Assembly (NCBI GenBank): GCA_965228485.1
Contig: OZ245819.1
Span: 510,001-542,000, forward strand
Origin: Candidatus Saccharimonadota bacterium
Lineage (GTDB): Bacteria > Patescibacteriota > Gracilibacteria > UBA4473
Reading direction: 5' to 3'
DNA length: 32,000 bases
Position numbers and translations under genes: made by a program. Shown here in pieces: positions 17,020-24,827 of this stretch (its first letter is position 1; every line of letters starts with the position of its first letter). The notes under the pieces are model-generated. The model was given only the letters and a program-made list of their open reading frames with translations, ran no database searches and was not told where the DNA came from.

Positions 17020-18258
17020 ATGTTCAAAAAATTATGTCTGATTCTAACGATTCTTTCCTGGGGATCTATTACCTACGCCAGTGAAACTGAGTTTAAAATC
17101 AATTTTACTAATCAATCTCAGAATTCGGTAAAAGCCGGTCAAAATATAAAAGTTAACTGGTGGATTAAAAATGCCCCCGCTAGTGGTCGAGTACAACTAT
17201 TTCTTGAAGGCGTAAGTGACCGAGGAGTGATGATTGTTTCTTCAGGCTATTATCAAGGAACTAACATCCTCCCCGATCAAGTAGGTAAAACTATTTCTGG
17301 ATCAGAAGAATTCTCTACTGACCAACTTCCTGCAGGAACTTACAATCTTGTCGCTTATATTTGCGATTATCATATTTTTGCTTGTTCAGCCGATCGATAT
17401 TCACTAAATCGTCATAAATCTAATAGCCTTGAGATACAGATCAAGAATAACAGTAGTCATTTTCTAAGCTTTGATAATGAAGTCCTGAAAAGAGAAAGTT
17501 TTGATTTTGATGAAACGGTTAATTTTTCTTGGTTTAATGAAAATTATCGATCTGGACTCTTAACTTTTAAGCTCGAAGCTGGAGATGGAACAATCTATGA
17601 TATTGTAATGGACTCAACCGAAAAGAATGAAGCCCGAAATGATATTTCCAGCCCACAAGAACTAAGACATAAACATTTTACCAATAAAAGCTTCTCCTGG
17701 ATAGGAGTAACAAAAGGATTAGAAAAAAAATACAAACTCAATGAAGATAGTCCTTACTTTGGTAAAACCATAAGTCTTGAACCAGGACTTTATAGAATTC
17801 TGATGTACGTTCATAGGAATGCTGGGTTTACCCAACCGGTTGAAAACTATGTAGTAAAGAGTATTCCTTTTACTCTCAGAAGCAAAATTCCTACAAAACC
17901 GAGTAAAGAAGAAACTCAGACTCAGCAAACAACTCCAAAAAGAGTAGAAGAAAAAGAGCCAGATCCTCTCCCTTTAGAAGAATCTGAACCTGGAAAAGAA
18001 GTCACCACTCCAAAGATTACACCAGAAGAAAACAAAGTTAAACAACGTCTCAATCGACGACAGCTATTAGAGCTGTACAAACGCCAAGCAAGCTCGCAGA
18101 ATACCGTTTCTCAAAAAAACAGTAACCTTACGCTCTTACAACGATTAAAACGGAAAAAGTCACAAAACCAAAAATCTCAAAATACAATAAAAGCTAAGCA
18201 AATTTCAAATAGCCGGAATAGCCGAATAAACTTTAGACAAAGAATTTATGAACGATAG
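17020..18258 (+). CDS. Secreted protein with two tandem beta-domains and a long basic C-terminal tail
   Basis: Signal peptide MFKKLCLILTILSWGSITYASE. Two similar modules (VKAGQNIKVNWW...LPAGTYNLVAYICDY and FDETVNFSWF...LEPGLYRILMYVHRN). The last ~120 aa are P/E/K/Q/R/S/N-rich. Confidence 0.75.
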   Translation: MFKKLCLILTILSWGSITYASETEFKINFTNQSQNSVKAGQNIKVNWWIKNAPASGRVQLFLEGVSDRGVMIVSSGYYQGTNILPDQVGKTISGSEEFSTDQLPAGTYNLVAYICDYHIFACSADRYSLNRHKSNSLEIQIKNNSSHFLSFDNEVLKRESFDFDETVNFSWFNENYRSGLLTFKLEAGDGTIYDIVMDSTEKNEARNDISSPQELRHKHFTNKSFSWIGVTKGLEKKYKLNEDSPYFGKTISLEPGLYRILMYVHRNAGFTQPVENYVVKSIPFTLRSKIPTKPSKEETQTQQTTPKRVEEKEPDPLPLEESEPGKEVTTPKITPEENKVKQRLNRRQLLELYKRQASSQNTVSQKNSNLTLLQRLKRKKSQNQKSQNTIKAKQISNSRNSRINFRQRIYER

Positions 18259-19681
18259 AGCTAAATTTCCTCAAGCTTTTGTAGAACGTATTGAAGAGCT
18301 CATTCCCCCATCGGAACAGGAAGCTTTTTTTGAACATTGTACTGAACCACTTCCAAAAACCATCCGGGTCGTAGATACTACAACGATTCCAAAAACATGG
18401 AAACTAGATCCAACTCCCATAGAAGAAGGATTCTTTATTCAGAGGCCAAATCAAAGTGAAGTACCACTCGGTAAAACTTTACAACACTTTACCGGACAAA
18501 TTTATAGTCAGAGTTTGAGCTCAATGCTTCCAGTAGTCGTGCTAGATCCTCAACCAGGAGAAAAGATACTCGATTTATGTGCCGCCCCTGGATCAAAAAC
18601 TACTTTCCTCGGGCAAAGAATGGAAAACACAGGCGTCGTCATTGCCAATGAGCCAAGTAGTTCCCGAAGCAAGAAACTCACCAGTAATCTTGATCGTTTG
18701 GGATCAATTAACAATGTGGTTATACAAAGTGACGGATCTCTGTTGAATAATTTTTTTGCTCAAGAGTTTGATAAAATCTTACTGGATGCTCCTTGCTCAA
18801 GTGAAGGTTTTGGAAGAAGGGACCGTAAATATTTTGACCAAATGTGGTCAGAAAAAAATATTTTTCAAATCGCTAAGCTTCAGAAAAGACTCATTATCAG
18901 CGCTTTTGAAATGCTACGTCCAGGCGGTACTATGGTTTATTCTACGTGTACATCCGCTCCAGAGGAAAATGAAGAAGTTGTCCAACATTTGCTTAATACT
19001 TACCGAGAAGCAGTAACCATCGAACCAACAAAACTACAACATATTCCTCACCATTCAGGTATAGAAAACTGGAATGAACTCCCCTTCCATCCCGATGTTA
19101 TTAAACATTCCATGCGGTTCTATCCTCATTTAAGAGATGACACCTGGAATTCAGAGAGCTTCTTTATAGTAAAAATAACCAAAAATATGCCACTTAAACT
19201 TCCAGCGCCCAAAAAGCCTGTAAAGTTACCCGAAATAAAAATTTACAAGAAGAACCAAACCGCAGAAGTTGTTACGTGCATTGCAAAACAGTTTGGGCTT
19301 CCAAAATCTTGGCCAACTCTCTTCGGTTCTGATAAACCCATGTTTGTAGAAAAACAAGGAAATTTATATCTAACCACTCAAGAAGCTGCTCGCTTTACTC
19401 AATCCAACCTATTTCGGAGAGTTGGCTTACTTGTCTGGGACAAAGATCAGAACTTCAGCACAGAATTTACTATAAAACTCGCTCCATTAGCTACGAAGAA
19501 CACTCTTGATCTTGACACCCAAACCGCTCAACGTTGGAGAGAAGGCTATGACTTACTCGAAATCGATCAACTTGAAGAAGGTCAGGTAATTATTGTTCGA
19601 AATAACCATTTTGGGCTTGGCTGGGGAAAAGTTCTAAAAAACAAACTAAAGAACAAACTTGATAGAAATTTAATCAATTAA
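18248..19681 (+). CDS. rRNA cytosine-C5 methyltransferase, NOL1/NOP2/Sun (RsmB/RsmF-like) family
   Basis: Motifs LDLCAAPGSKTT, ILLDAPCSSEGFGRR and LRPGGTMVYSTCT. It has a C-terminal extension as in RsmF/YebU. 11-nt overlap with the upstream gene. Confidence 0.85.
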   Translation: MNDRAKFPQAFVERIEELIPPSEQEAFFEHCTEPLPKTIRVVDTTTIPKTWKLDPTPIEEGFFIQRPNQSEVPLGKTLQHFTGQIYSQSLSSMLPVVVLDPQPGEKILDLCAAPGSKTTFLGQRMENTGVVIANEPSSSRSKKLTSNLDRLGSINNVVIQSDGSLLNNFFAQEFDKILLDAPCSSEGFGRRDRKYFDQMWSEKNIFQIAKLQKRLIISAFEMLRPGGTMVYSTCTSAPEENEEVVQHLLNTYREAVTIEPTKLQHIPHHSGIENWNELPFHPDVIKHSMRFYPHLRDDTWNSESFFIVKITKNMPLKLPAPKKPVKLPEIKIYKKNQTAEVVTCIAKQFGLPKSWPTLFGSDKPMFVEKQGNLYLTTQEAARFTQSNLFRRVGLLVWDKDQNFSTEFTIKLAPLATKNTLDLDTQTAQRWREGYDLLEIDQLEEGQVIIVRNNHFGLGWGKVLKNKLKNKLDRNLIN

Positions 19682-20482
19682 GAAATCTCTTTCATCAAGA
19701 ATTACACTATTAAAACGATCTATAAAATCCCGAATCTGTCTTGACGCTTCGTCTTTATCCATACCGATAGATTCTTCGCTTAAAAATTCATCCCATTGAA
19801 TTATTAAACTTCCAAGATCCGTTCCCACCTCATCAGATAGACCTGGTGACTGATTGAACTTTCCACGATAAATCTCTGTGGTCGTATGTACAAACTCAAG
19901 AGCAAAAGGTGTTCTTTCTGGAACCCAGTTTCGTCGATACATAGCCTCGATAAAAGAAACTATTTTTTTCGATTCTTTTGGATTTAGTACATAACTTTCC
20001 TTAGTCTTAACATCTTCATGTTCTGGAAAAAAATGAACTCGAATAGGCATATAGCCTCTCCCCACGAGCAAACGCTGACGATCAATTTTAAATCCGATCT
20101 CTCTTTCAAGTACTCCATCTATTCGATCAAGAACATCCATCAATAACGTGGCCATTCCTTCCCCTCTTAATTCTGGCAAAACTTTCAGATCTCGGTGAGG
20201 CACTTCTGGAAATGTGGGAATAACACCGTCTCCACAGACTCCTACAATTCCAAAATCTTTAAGCTTATCCTGTAATCCACAACGATAAAAACTAAGCTCT
20301 GGAGAATTAATTTGAGACATACATTTTTGTGCGGTATCAAGCACAAAAGCGCGCGCACCTCCCCTATCTTTGTGAAGAAACAAACTAAAATCTTGGGCCG
20401 TATTATCAAAAGGCACTACTATCCCTTCAGATAATTCATCATCGGTTAATCGATCTAAATCTTCTAACTCAAATTTTCCCAT
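19670..20482 (-). CDS. Hypothetical protein, possibly GNAT-fold
   Basis: 270-aa ORF starting 20 nt after the flavoprotein stop. ELRGEGMATLLMDVLDRI resembles GNAT motif A (Q/RxxGxG/A). This evidence is weak. Confidence 0.65.
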   Translation of the reverse strand: MGKFELEDLDRLTDDELSEGIVVPFDNTAQDFSLFLHKDRGGARAFVLDTAQKCMSQINSPELSFYRCGLQDKLKDFGIVGVCGDGVIPTFPEVPHRDLKVLPELRGEGMATLLMDVLDRIDGVLEREIGFKIDRQRLLVGRGYMPIRVHFFPEHEDVKTKESYVLNPKESKKIVSFIEAMYRRNWVPERTPFALEFVHTTTEIYRGKFNQSPGLSDEVGTDLGSLIIQWDEFLSEESIGMDKDEASRQIRDFIDRFNSVILDERDFLID

Positions 20483-20502
20483 CTTATTGCATCCATGAAC
20501 GT

Positions 20503-21573
20503 CTAGTTTTTCAGAATATATTCATGAGCCTGAAGCGCTGCAACCGCCCCTTCTCCAGCAGCCACAATAACTTGTTTATGATAACCATCATTACAGTCAC
20601 CTCCAGCAAAAAACCCTGGACGAGAAGTATTCATTACTCGATCAGTGATAATTTCGCCTTGCTCGTTAAGATCCACAAATCCTTCTAAAAATTTAGTAGC
20701 TGGAGTTTGTCCAATTTCTTCAAAAATTCCTTCACATTCTATCTCTTGTTCTTCTCCCCCATCTTCGGTGAATCGAACGCCTCGAACTTTACTATTATCA
20801 TCCAGTAAAACTTCTCTAACAATCGTATTGTATTTCACATCAATATTTGGAGATTTATTAATTTTTTCCATCATGCAACCTTCTCCGATGAGCTTGTCGA
20901 TATTCGTCATAATAACAATATCGTCGGTAAATTTATCTAACTGCAAAGAAACATCCATAGCTGAATTTCCGCCTCCAATAACTACCATTTTCTTATCTTT
21001 GTATAGAGGCGCATCTTGTGTAGCCGAGAAAGAAAGTCCATTTCCTTTCATGGCAACATCCTCTCCAGGAATCCCAAGTGTTCGAGGTTTTTTCCCTGAA
21101 GTACAAACAATTGTTCTACTAAAAAATGAATCTCCTTTTTCAGTCGTTACCGTAAAGACTCTGTCATCACTCTGCGTAATTTTTTCTACTTTCTCATCTT
21201 CCCTTACCCATAGATCAAAATGATCATTATCATTATCGACATTCTTTACATGAGAAAAGAACTGTTCTCTTAATCCTGCCCCTGTAGACTGAGCTACTCC
21301 TGTCCAATTGGAAATATCACTGGCATAGTTCATCTGTCCTCCTACATTTCCACACACAAGCAATATTTTTAGCTTCCGACGAGCCGCATAAACTGCTGCC
21401 GTCATCCCCGCAGGACCAGCCCCAATAATAATTGTATCAAACACATCTGGGTAATCAGGTTCATCCTGACTAGAAAATTTTTGGACCGTTTTACTCCCTA
21501 AATCTTTAGCTTTTCCCAAAGAATCTTTAGCCGCTCCAAGTGGATTAATATTTTTGAAAGAATCAAATGACAT
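20503..21573 (-). CDS. Thioredoxin reductase / AhpF-C-terminal-like FAD/NAD(P)H flavoprotein lacking the redox CxxC
   Basis: Motifs IIIGAGPAGMTAAVYAARR, VVIGGGNSAMD and FFAGGDCNDGYHKQVIVAAGEGAVAAL. The position of the CATC/CPHC active site reads SATQ (21016-21027, TCG GCT ACA CAA on the minus strand). There is a ~45-aa N-terminal extension. Confidence 0.8.
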   Translation of the reverse strand: MSFDSFKNINPLGAAKDSLGKAKDLGSKTVQKFSSQDEPDYPDVFDTIIIGAGPAGMTAAVYAARRKLKILLVCGNVGGQMNYASDISNWTGVAQSTGAGLREQFFSHVKNVDNDNDHFDLWVREDEKVEKITQSDDRVFTVTTEKGDSFFSRTIVCTSGKKPRTLGIPGEDVAMKGNGLSFSATQDAPLYKDKKMVVIGGGNSAMDVSLQLDKFTDDIVIMTNIDKLIGEGCMMEKINKSPNIDVKYNTIVREVLLDDNSKVRGVRFTEDGGEEQEIECEGIFEEIGQTPATKFLEGFVDLNEQGEIITDRVMNTSRPGFFAGGDCNDGYHKQVIVAAGEGAVAALQAHEYILKN

Positions 21574-21597
21574 GATAATAAAGGGTTAAATCAGATT

Positions 21598-21626
21598 ATT
21601 CTACCATTTTTTTGACGCAAAAACAA
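21598..21626 (-). promoter_or_regulatory. Sigma70-like promoter (extended -10) for the flavoprotein operon
   Basis: Minus strand reads TTGTTT (21626-21621), 17 nt, then TGgTAGAAT (-10 at 21603-21598), about 24 nt upstream of ATG 21573. It overlaps the divergent plus-strand upstream region. Confidence 0.5.
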
Positions 21627-21666
21627 TCATCTTTAGGATTTAAATGACCTTTATAGTCATATTTTG

Positions 21667-22551
21667 ATGAAAAACTTATTCGCGATCGTACTCATTTTTG
21701 TTGGATTATCCGCTTGTGACAAAGATACTCCGACTTCAGATACCAATATCGATGCCACCACAGTTAATACGGTAGGGCTTGGTGAGGCTTGTGGAGGCTT
21801 AACCGAAAATTTCTGTAAATCGGGACTAAAATGTAATAACCAGAACCCTCAGGATGAAGGTACTTGTATAAGTACTGTCGTAGATGAAGATATCGAATGT
21901 CCGAAAACCCAGTCTCCCGTTTGTGGAAAAATTGGAAATAATAAAAATGGATATCTAAATGAATGTGAAGCCAAACGACATGGAGCAGAAATCCTCTATA
22001 ATGGTCTCTGTAAAGCTGACGAAACGGTTACCAATAACTGTGATGCCGAACCTATTTCTATGGGAAATTGTGAAGCTTGGTTTGAAGGGGCTTATTTTGA
22101 TAAAGACAGTAATACCTGTAAGAATATTGGTTTATCTGGATGTAGCGCAGATATCCCTTTTCCAAATATTGAAGCGTGTCAAAAAAGCTGTGGTGGAAGC
22201 AAAGAAAAACCAAATACGCCCGTTACAGATATTAATTCTAAAGTCCCAGAAAACTGTATAAGTTTTTATGATGGATGTAACACTTGTGGAGCTAAAGATG
22301 GGGAACTTACATTTTGCACCAAAAAATACTGTGCAACCCCAGGACCCACAAAGTGTCTTAAATACGATAAAAATCCATCGCTAATTCAAGAGTGTCCTGA
22401 AGAAAAAATTAATAACCTCATGCCACCAGTACCTCCGATACCTCATGACCGAAGCTACTATATCTATCAAGGCACACGGTATGAAATTGATGAATTTGAT
22501 GCCGATTGGGTAAAAGCGAACTGTGATGTTCAGGAAATGAATGTCTACTAG
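21667..22551 (+). CDS. Cysteine-rich lipoprotein with Kazal-like and Kunitz/BPTI-like modules (putative secreted protease inhibitor)
   Basis: The track ORF starts at TTG 21664; ATG 21667 gives MKNLFAIVLIFVGLSAC (lipobox LSAC). Kazal-like module: CPKTQSPVCGKIGNNKNGYLNECEAKRHGAEILYNGLC. Kunitz-like Cys spacing: C-9-C-15-C-7-C-11-C-3-C, with YFD, GC and CxxxCGG landmarks. Confidence 0.8.
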   Translation: MKNLFAIVLIFVGLSACDKDTPTSDTNIDATTVNTVGLGEACGGLTENFCKSGLKCNNQNPQDEGTCISTVVDEDIECPKTQSPVCGKIGNNKNGYLNECEAKRHGAEILYNGLCKADETVTNNCDAEPISMGNCEAWFEGAYFDKDSNTCKNIGLSGCSADIPFPNIEACQKSCGGSKEKPNTPVTDINSKVPENCISFYDGCNTCGAKDGELTFCTKKYCATPGPTKCLKYDKNPSLIQECPEEKINNLMPPVPPIPHDRSYYIYQGTRYEIDEFDADWVKANCDVQEMNVY

Positions 22552-22580
22552 TTGAAAAAAGGTCTGTATACTGGTATAAT
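22552..22580 (+). promoter_or_regulatory. Near-consensus sigma70 promoter predicting a leaderless mRNA
   Basis: TTGAAA (22552-22557), a 17-nt spacer, then TGgTATAAT (TG 22572-22573, TATAAT 22575-22580). ATG 22587 begins 6 nt after the -10 box, where transcription would be expected to start. Confidence 0.65.
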
Positions 22581-22586
22581 GACCAG

Positions 22587-22943
22587 ATGATAGATTTTTT
22601 ATTCGCAATTATTCGAGACATTTCTCTCTGTATTGGAGTGATCGGAATTTCAATAATTTTAATCGGAGCCATTAGGGCTTTGATATGTTTTCTTTTCAAG
22701 AGAGATAAAAATTTCTTAGAGTCACGGCTAATCCTCGGAACCCATCTAATTTTGGGCTTGGACTTCCTGGTTGGGAAAGATATTATCGATACTATTTTAC
22801 TCGATAGTGGAGTAAAATTTTGGACAGACCTTGCGGGGCTAATAACCGTGGTAATTATACGAGTCATATTGACTCACTTCATGACTCGAGAAATAAAAGA
22901 CTTGGAAAAAGAGGAAGCCGAAAAAAATAAAAAGAAAAAATAA
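22587..22943 (+). CDS. Small membrane protein, DUF1622-like
   Basis: 118 aa with several TM helices. SRLILGTHLILGLDFLVGKDIIDTIL resembles the DUF1622 core (from memory). Lys/Glu-rich tail. Confidence 0.7.
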   Translation: MIDFLFAIIRDISLCIGVIGISIILIGAIRALICFLFKRDKNFLESRLILGTHLILGLDFLVGKDIIDTILLDSGVKFWTDLAGLITVVIIRVILTHFMTREIKDLEKEEAEKNKKKK

Positions 22944-24125
22944 ATGTCGACCTTGAGTATTATAACCGTTGCCCTACTGCTCACATTTATCGGTGCAGCT
23001 GTTGGACAACGATTAAAGTATCCTCGAGTCATTGGACAGCTAGTCATTAGTTTTCTTTTGGCAATACCACTCTTCCAAACCTTTTTTACCGAAGAGTCTC
23101 TCACTGTGATTGAGATAATGTCTGAAGTAGGAGTAATTTTTCTTCTGCTTTTGACGGGATTAGAACTTGATCTCGAAAAATTCAAGAAAAATAAAAAGAT
23201 AGCACTAATCATTGCGATAAGTGGAGCCATCGTACCTTTTGTTTCAGGACTAATGCTAGGACTTTATCTAGAACTTGGATGGGTATCTGCTATTGTAATT
23301 GGAACCTGCTTGTCTGTTACGGCTGAAGGTACCACTGTAGCGGTTCTTGTAGAGCTAAAAAAAATAAAGACTCGAATTGCCAACATAATCATTGGTGCTG
23401 GAATTATTGACGATATTTTTGAAGTAATCTTTCTAACTTTAATTATCTTTCTTGCTCATAAAAACACCTCTCCAGAATTAAATTTAATAATCCCCCTTGA
23501 GAAGTTTCTACTCTTTGCATGGGCCGTACTTCTACTTACAAAATTCCTCCCGAAGGTAATAAACCTCATAAAACCCAATTCAAATGGTGGAGAAATCTCA
23601 CTCGTGAGTGCTATTATCATTATTGGACTCGGAATGGCTACTTTATCTGAATTTGTTGGGATTGGATCTTTACTTGGAGCTTTTATAGCTGGAATAATTT
23701 TGCAAAAATCTTTCTTTAATAAAAAAACTCTCTCCGTTGAATCTCATTACTTAAGCATTTTTACTTTTGCGTTTATTATACCTTTTTTCTTTGTAAATAT
23801 TGGAATCAACTTTGATTATCATGGACTAATAGAAAATCCCATTATTACTATTTTAATTACCGCTGTAGCCATCGCTTCAAAAATATTAGGGACACTTATT
23901 ACTAAACCCCTGACAAATTTATCATGGCAACAGTTACACATAATCGGTTGGGGGATGAATTCTCGAGGAGTGATGGAATTAGTAATCGCTCACATTGCTC
24001 TAAATGCAGGATTAATCAATAGCACCATTTATTCAGCAATCGTTTTTATGGCTATTTTTACAACACTAACATTTCCTATTGCCTTTAAATATATTGTCTC
24101 AAAAAATCCACACATACTTGAATAA
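22944..24125 (+). CDS. Cation:proton antiporter (CPA2, Kef/NapA-like)
   Basis: 393 aa with about 11-12 TM helices. EVGVIFLLLLTGLELDL is typical of the Na+/H+ exchanger family. The start directly abuts the previous stop. Confidence 0.8.
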   Translation: MSTLSIITVALLLTFIGAAVGQRLKYPRVIGQLVISFLLAIPLFQTFFTEESLTVIEIMSEVGVIFLLLLTGLELDLEKFKKNKKIALIIAISGAIVPFVSGLMLGLYLELGWVSAIVIGTCLSVTAEGTTVAVLVELKKIKTRIANIIIGAGIIDDIFEVIFLTLIIFLAHKNTSPELNLIIPLEKFLLFAWAVLLLTKFLPKVINLIKPNSNGGEISLVSAIIIIGLGMATLSEFVGIGSLLGAFIAGIILQKSFFNKKTLSVESHYLSIFTFAFIIPFFFVNIGINFDYHGLIENPIITILITAVAIASKILGTLITKPLTNLSWQQLHIIGWGMNSRGVMELVIAHIALNAGLINSTIYSAIVFMAIFTTLTFPIAFKYIVSKNPHILE

Positions 24126-24149
24126 AGTAATCTGGACTACCAAGCTATT

Positions 24150-24178
24150 TTGACTCTTGATTATAACCTTAATATGAT
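24150..24178 (+). promoter_or_regulatory. Sigma70-like promoter for the Trx-like lipoprotein gene
   Basis: TTGACT (24150-24155), a 17-nt spacer, then TATGAT (24173-24178). The predicted start is near 24185. Confidence 0.55.
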
Positions 24179-24210
24179 TAAAATTGTATTATTTTCTAAT
24201 TCTAAAAACA

Positions 24211-24741
24211 ATGAGACTAAATCTACTAATGGCCCTCGCAGTAACTCTTACCCTAACCGCTTGTAATAAGCCAGAAGCCCAGAAAATGATGGATGACATG
24301 ACCGATCATGGCGGCGCTATGATGGATAAAATGGAAGAGACAGGAGAAAAAATGATGGATAAAGCCGAAGACACTATGGACGCGGCTGAAAATAAAGTAA
24401 TGGAGATCAAGGAAGAAGCAGAGGAAGCCGTAACCGCTTTATCTGCAACCTACACAGACTATGAAGCCAACAAAGGAACAGGGAAAAAACATATTCTTTT
24501 CTTTCACGCATCTTGGTGTGGAACCTGTGTTGCTTGGGAAAAGAAAATCAACGAAATGATGGCCGAACTTCCAGAAAATACACTGATTTTAAAAGCTGAT
24601 TATGACTCAAATACTGATCTTCGAACCCAGTACGAAATCAATAAACAGTCAACAGCGGCTTTTATTAACGCTGATGGAAGTGTTGCAAAAACCGAAATGG
24701 ACCCAAGTCTAGATTCAGTTAAGGCCTTCTTTGCAGAATAA
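24211..24741 (+). CDS. Thioredoxin-fold lipoprotein with a Met/Asp-rich N-terminal linker
   Basis: The track ORF starts at TTG 24184. ATG 24211 gives MRLNLLMALAVTLTLTAC (lipobox LTAC). Active site WCGTC. 10 Met in about 50 residues after the lipid-anchor Cys. Confidence 0.8.
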   Translation: MRLNLLMALAVTLTLTACNKPEAQKMMDDMTDHGGAMMDKMEETGEKMMDKAEDTMDAAENKVMEIKEEAEEAVTALSATYTDYEANKGTGKKHILFFHASWCGTCVAWEKKINEMMAELPENTLILKADYDSNTDLRTQYEINKQSTAAFINADGSVAKTEMDPSLDSVKAFFAE

Positions 24742-24767
24742 TTAAGACCTTATAAGAAGGGACTTGT

Positions 24768-24803
24768 AAAAAACCAACTCTATCGAGTTGGTTTTTTCTT
24801 TTT
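24768..24803 (+). terminator. Rho-independent terminator
   Basis: CCAACTC (24774-24780), loop TATC, GAGTTGG (24785-24791), followed by TTTTTTCTTTTT. It is preceded by an A-run and lies 27 nt after the stop. Confidence 0.8.
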
Positions 24804-24827
24804 CCATAACTGGCTAAGATAGCCTTA

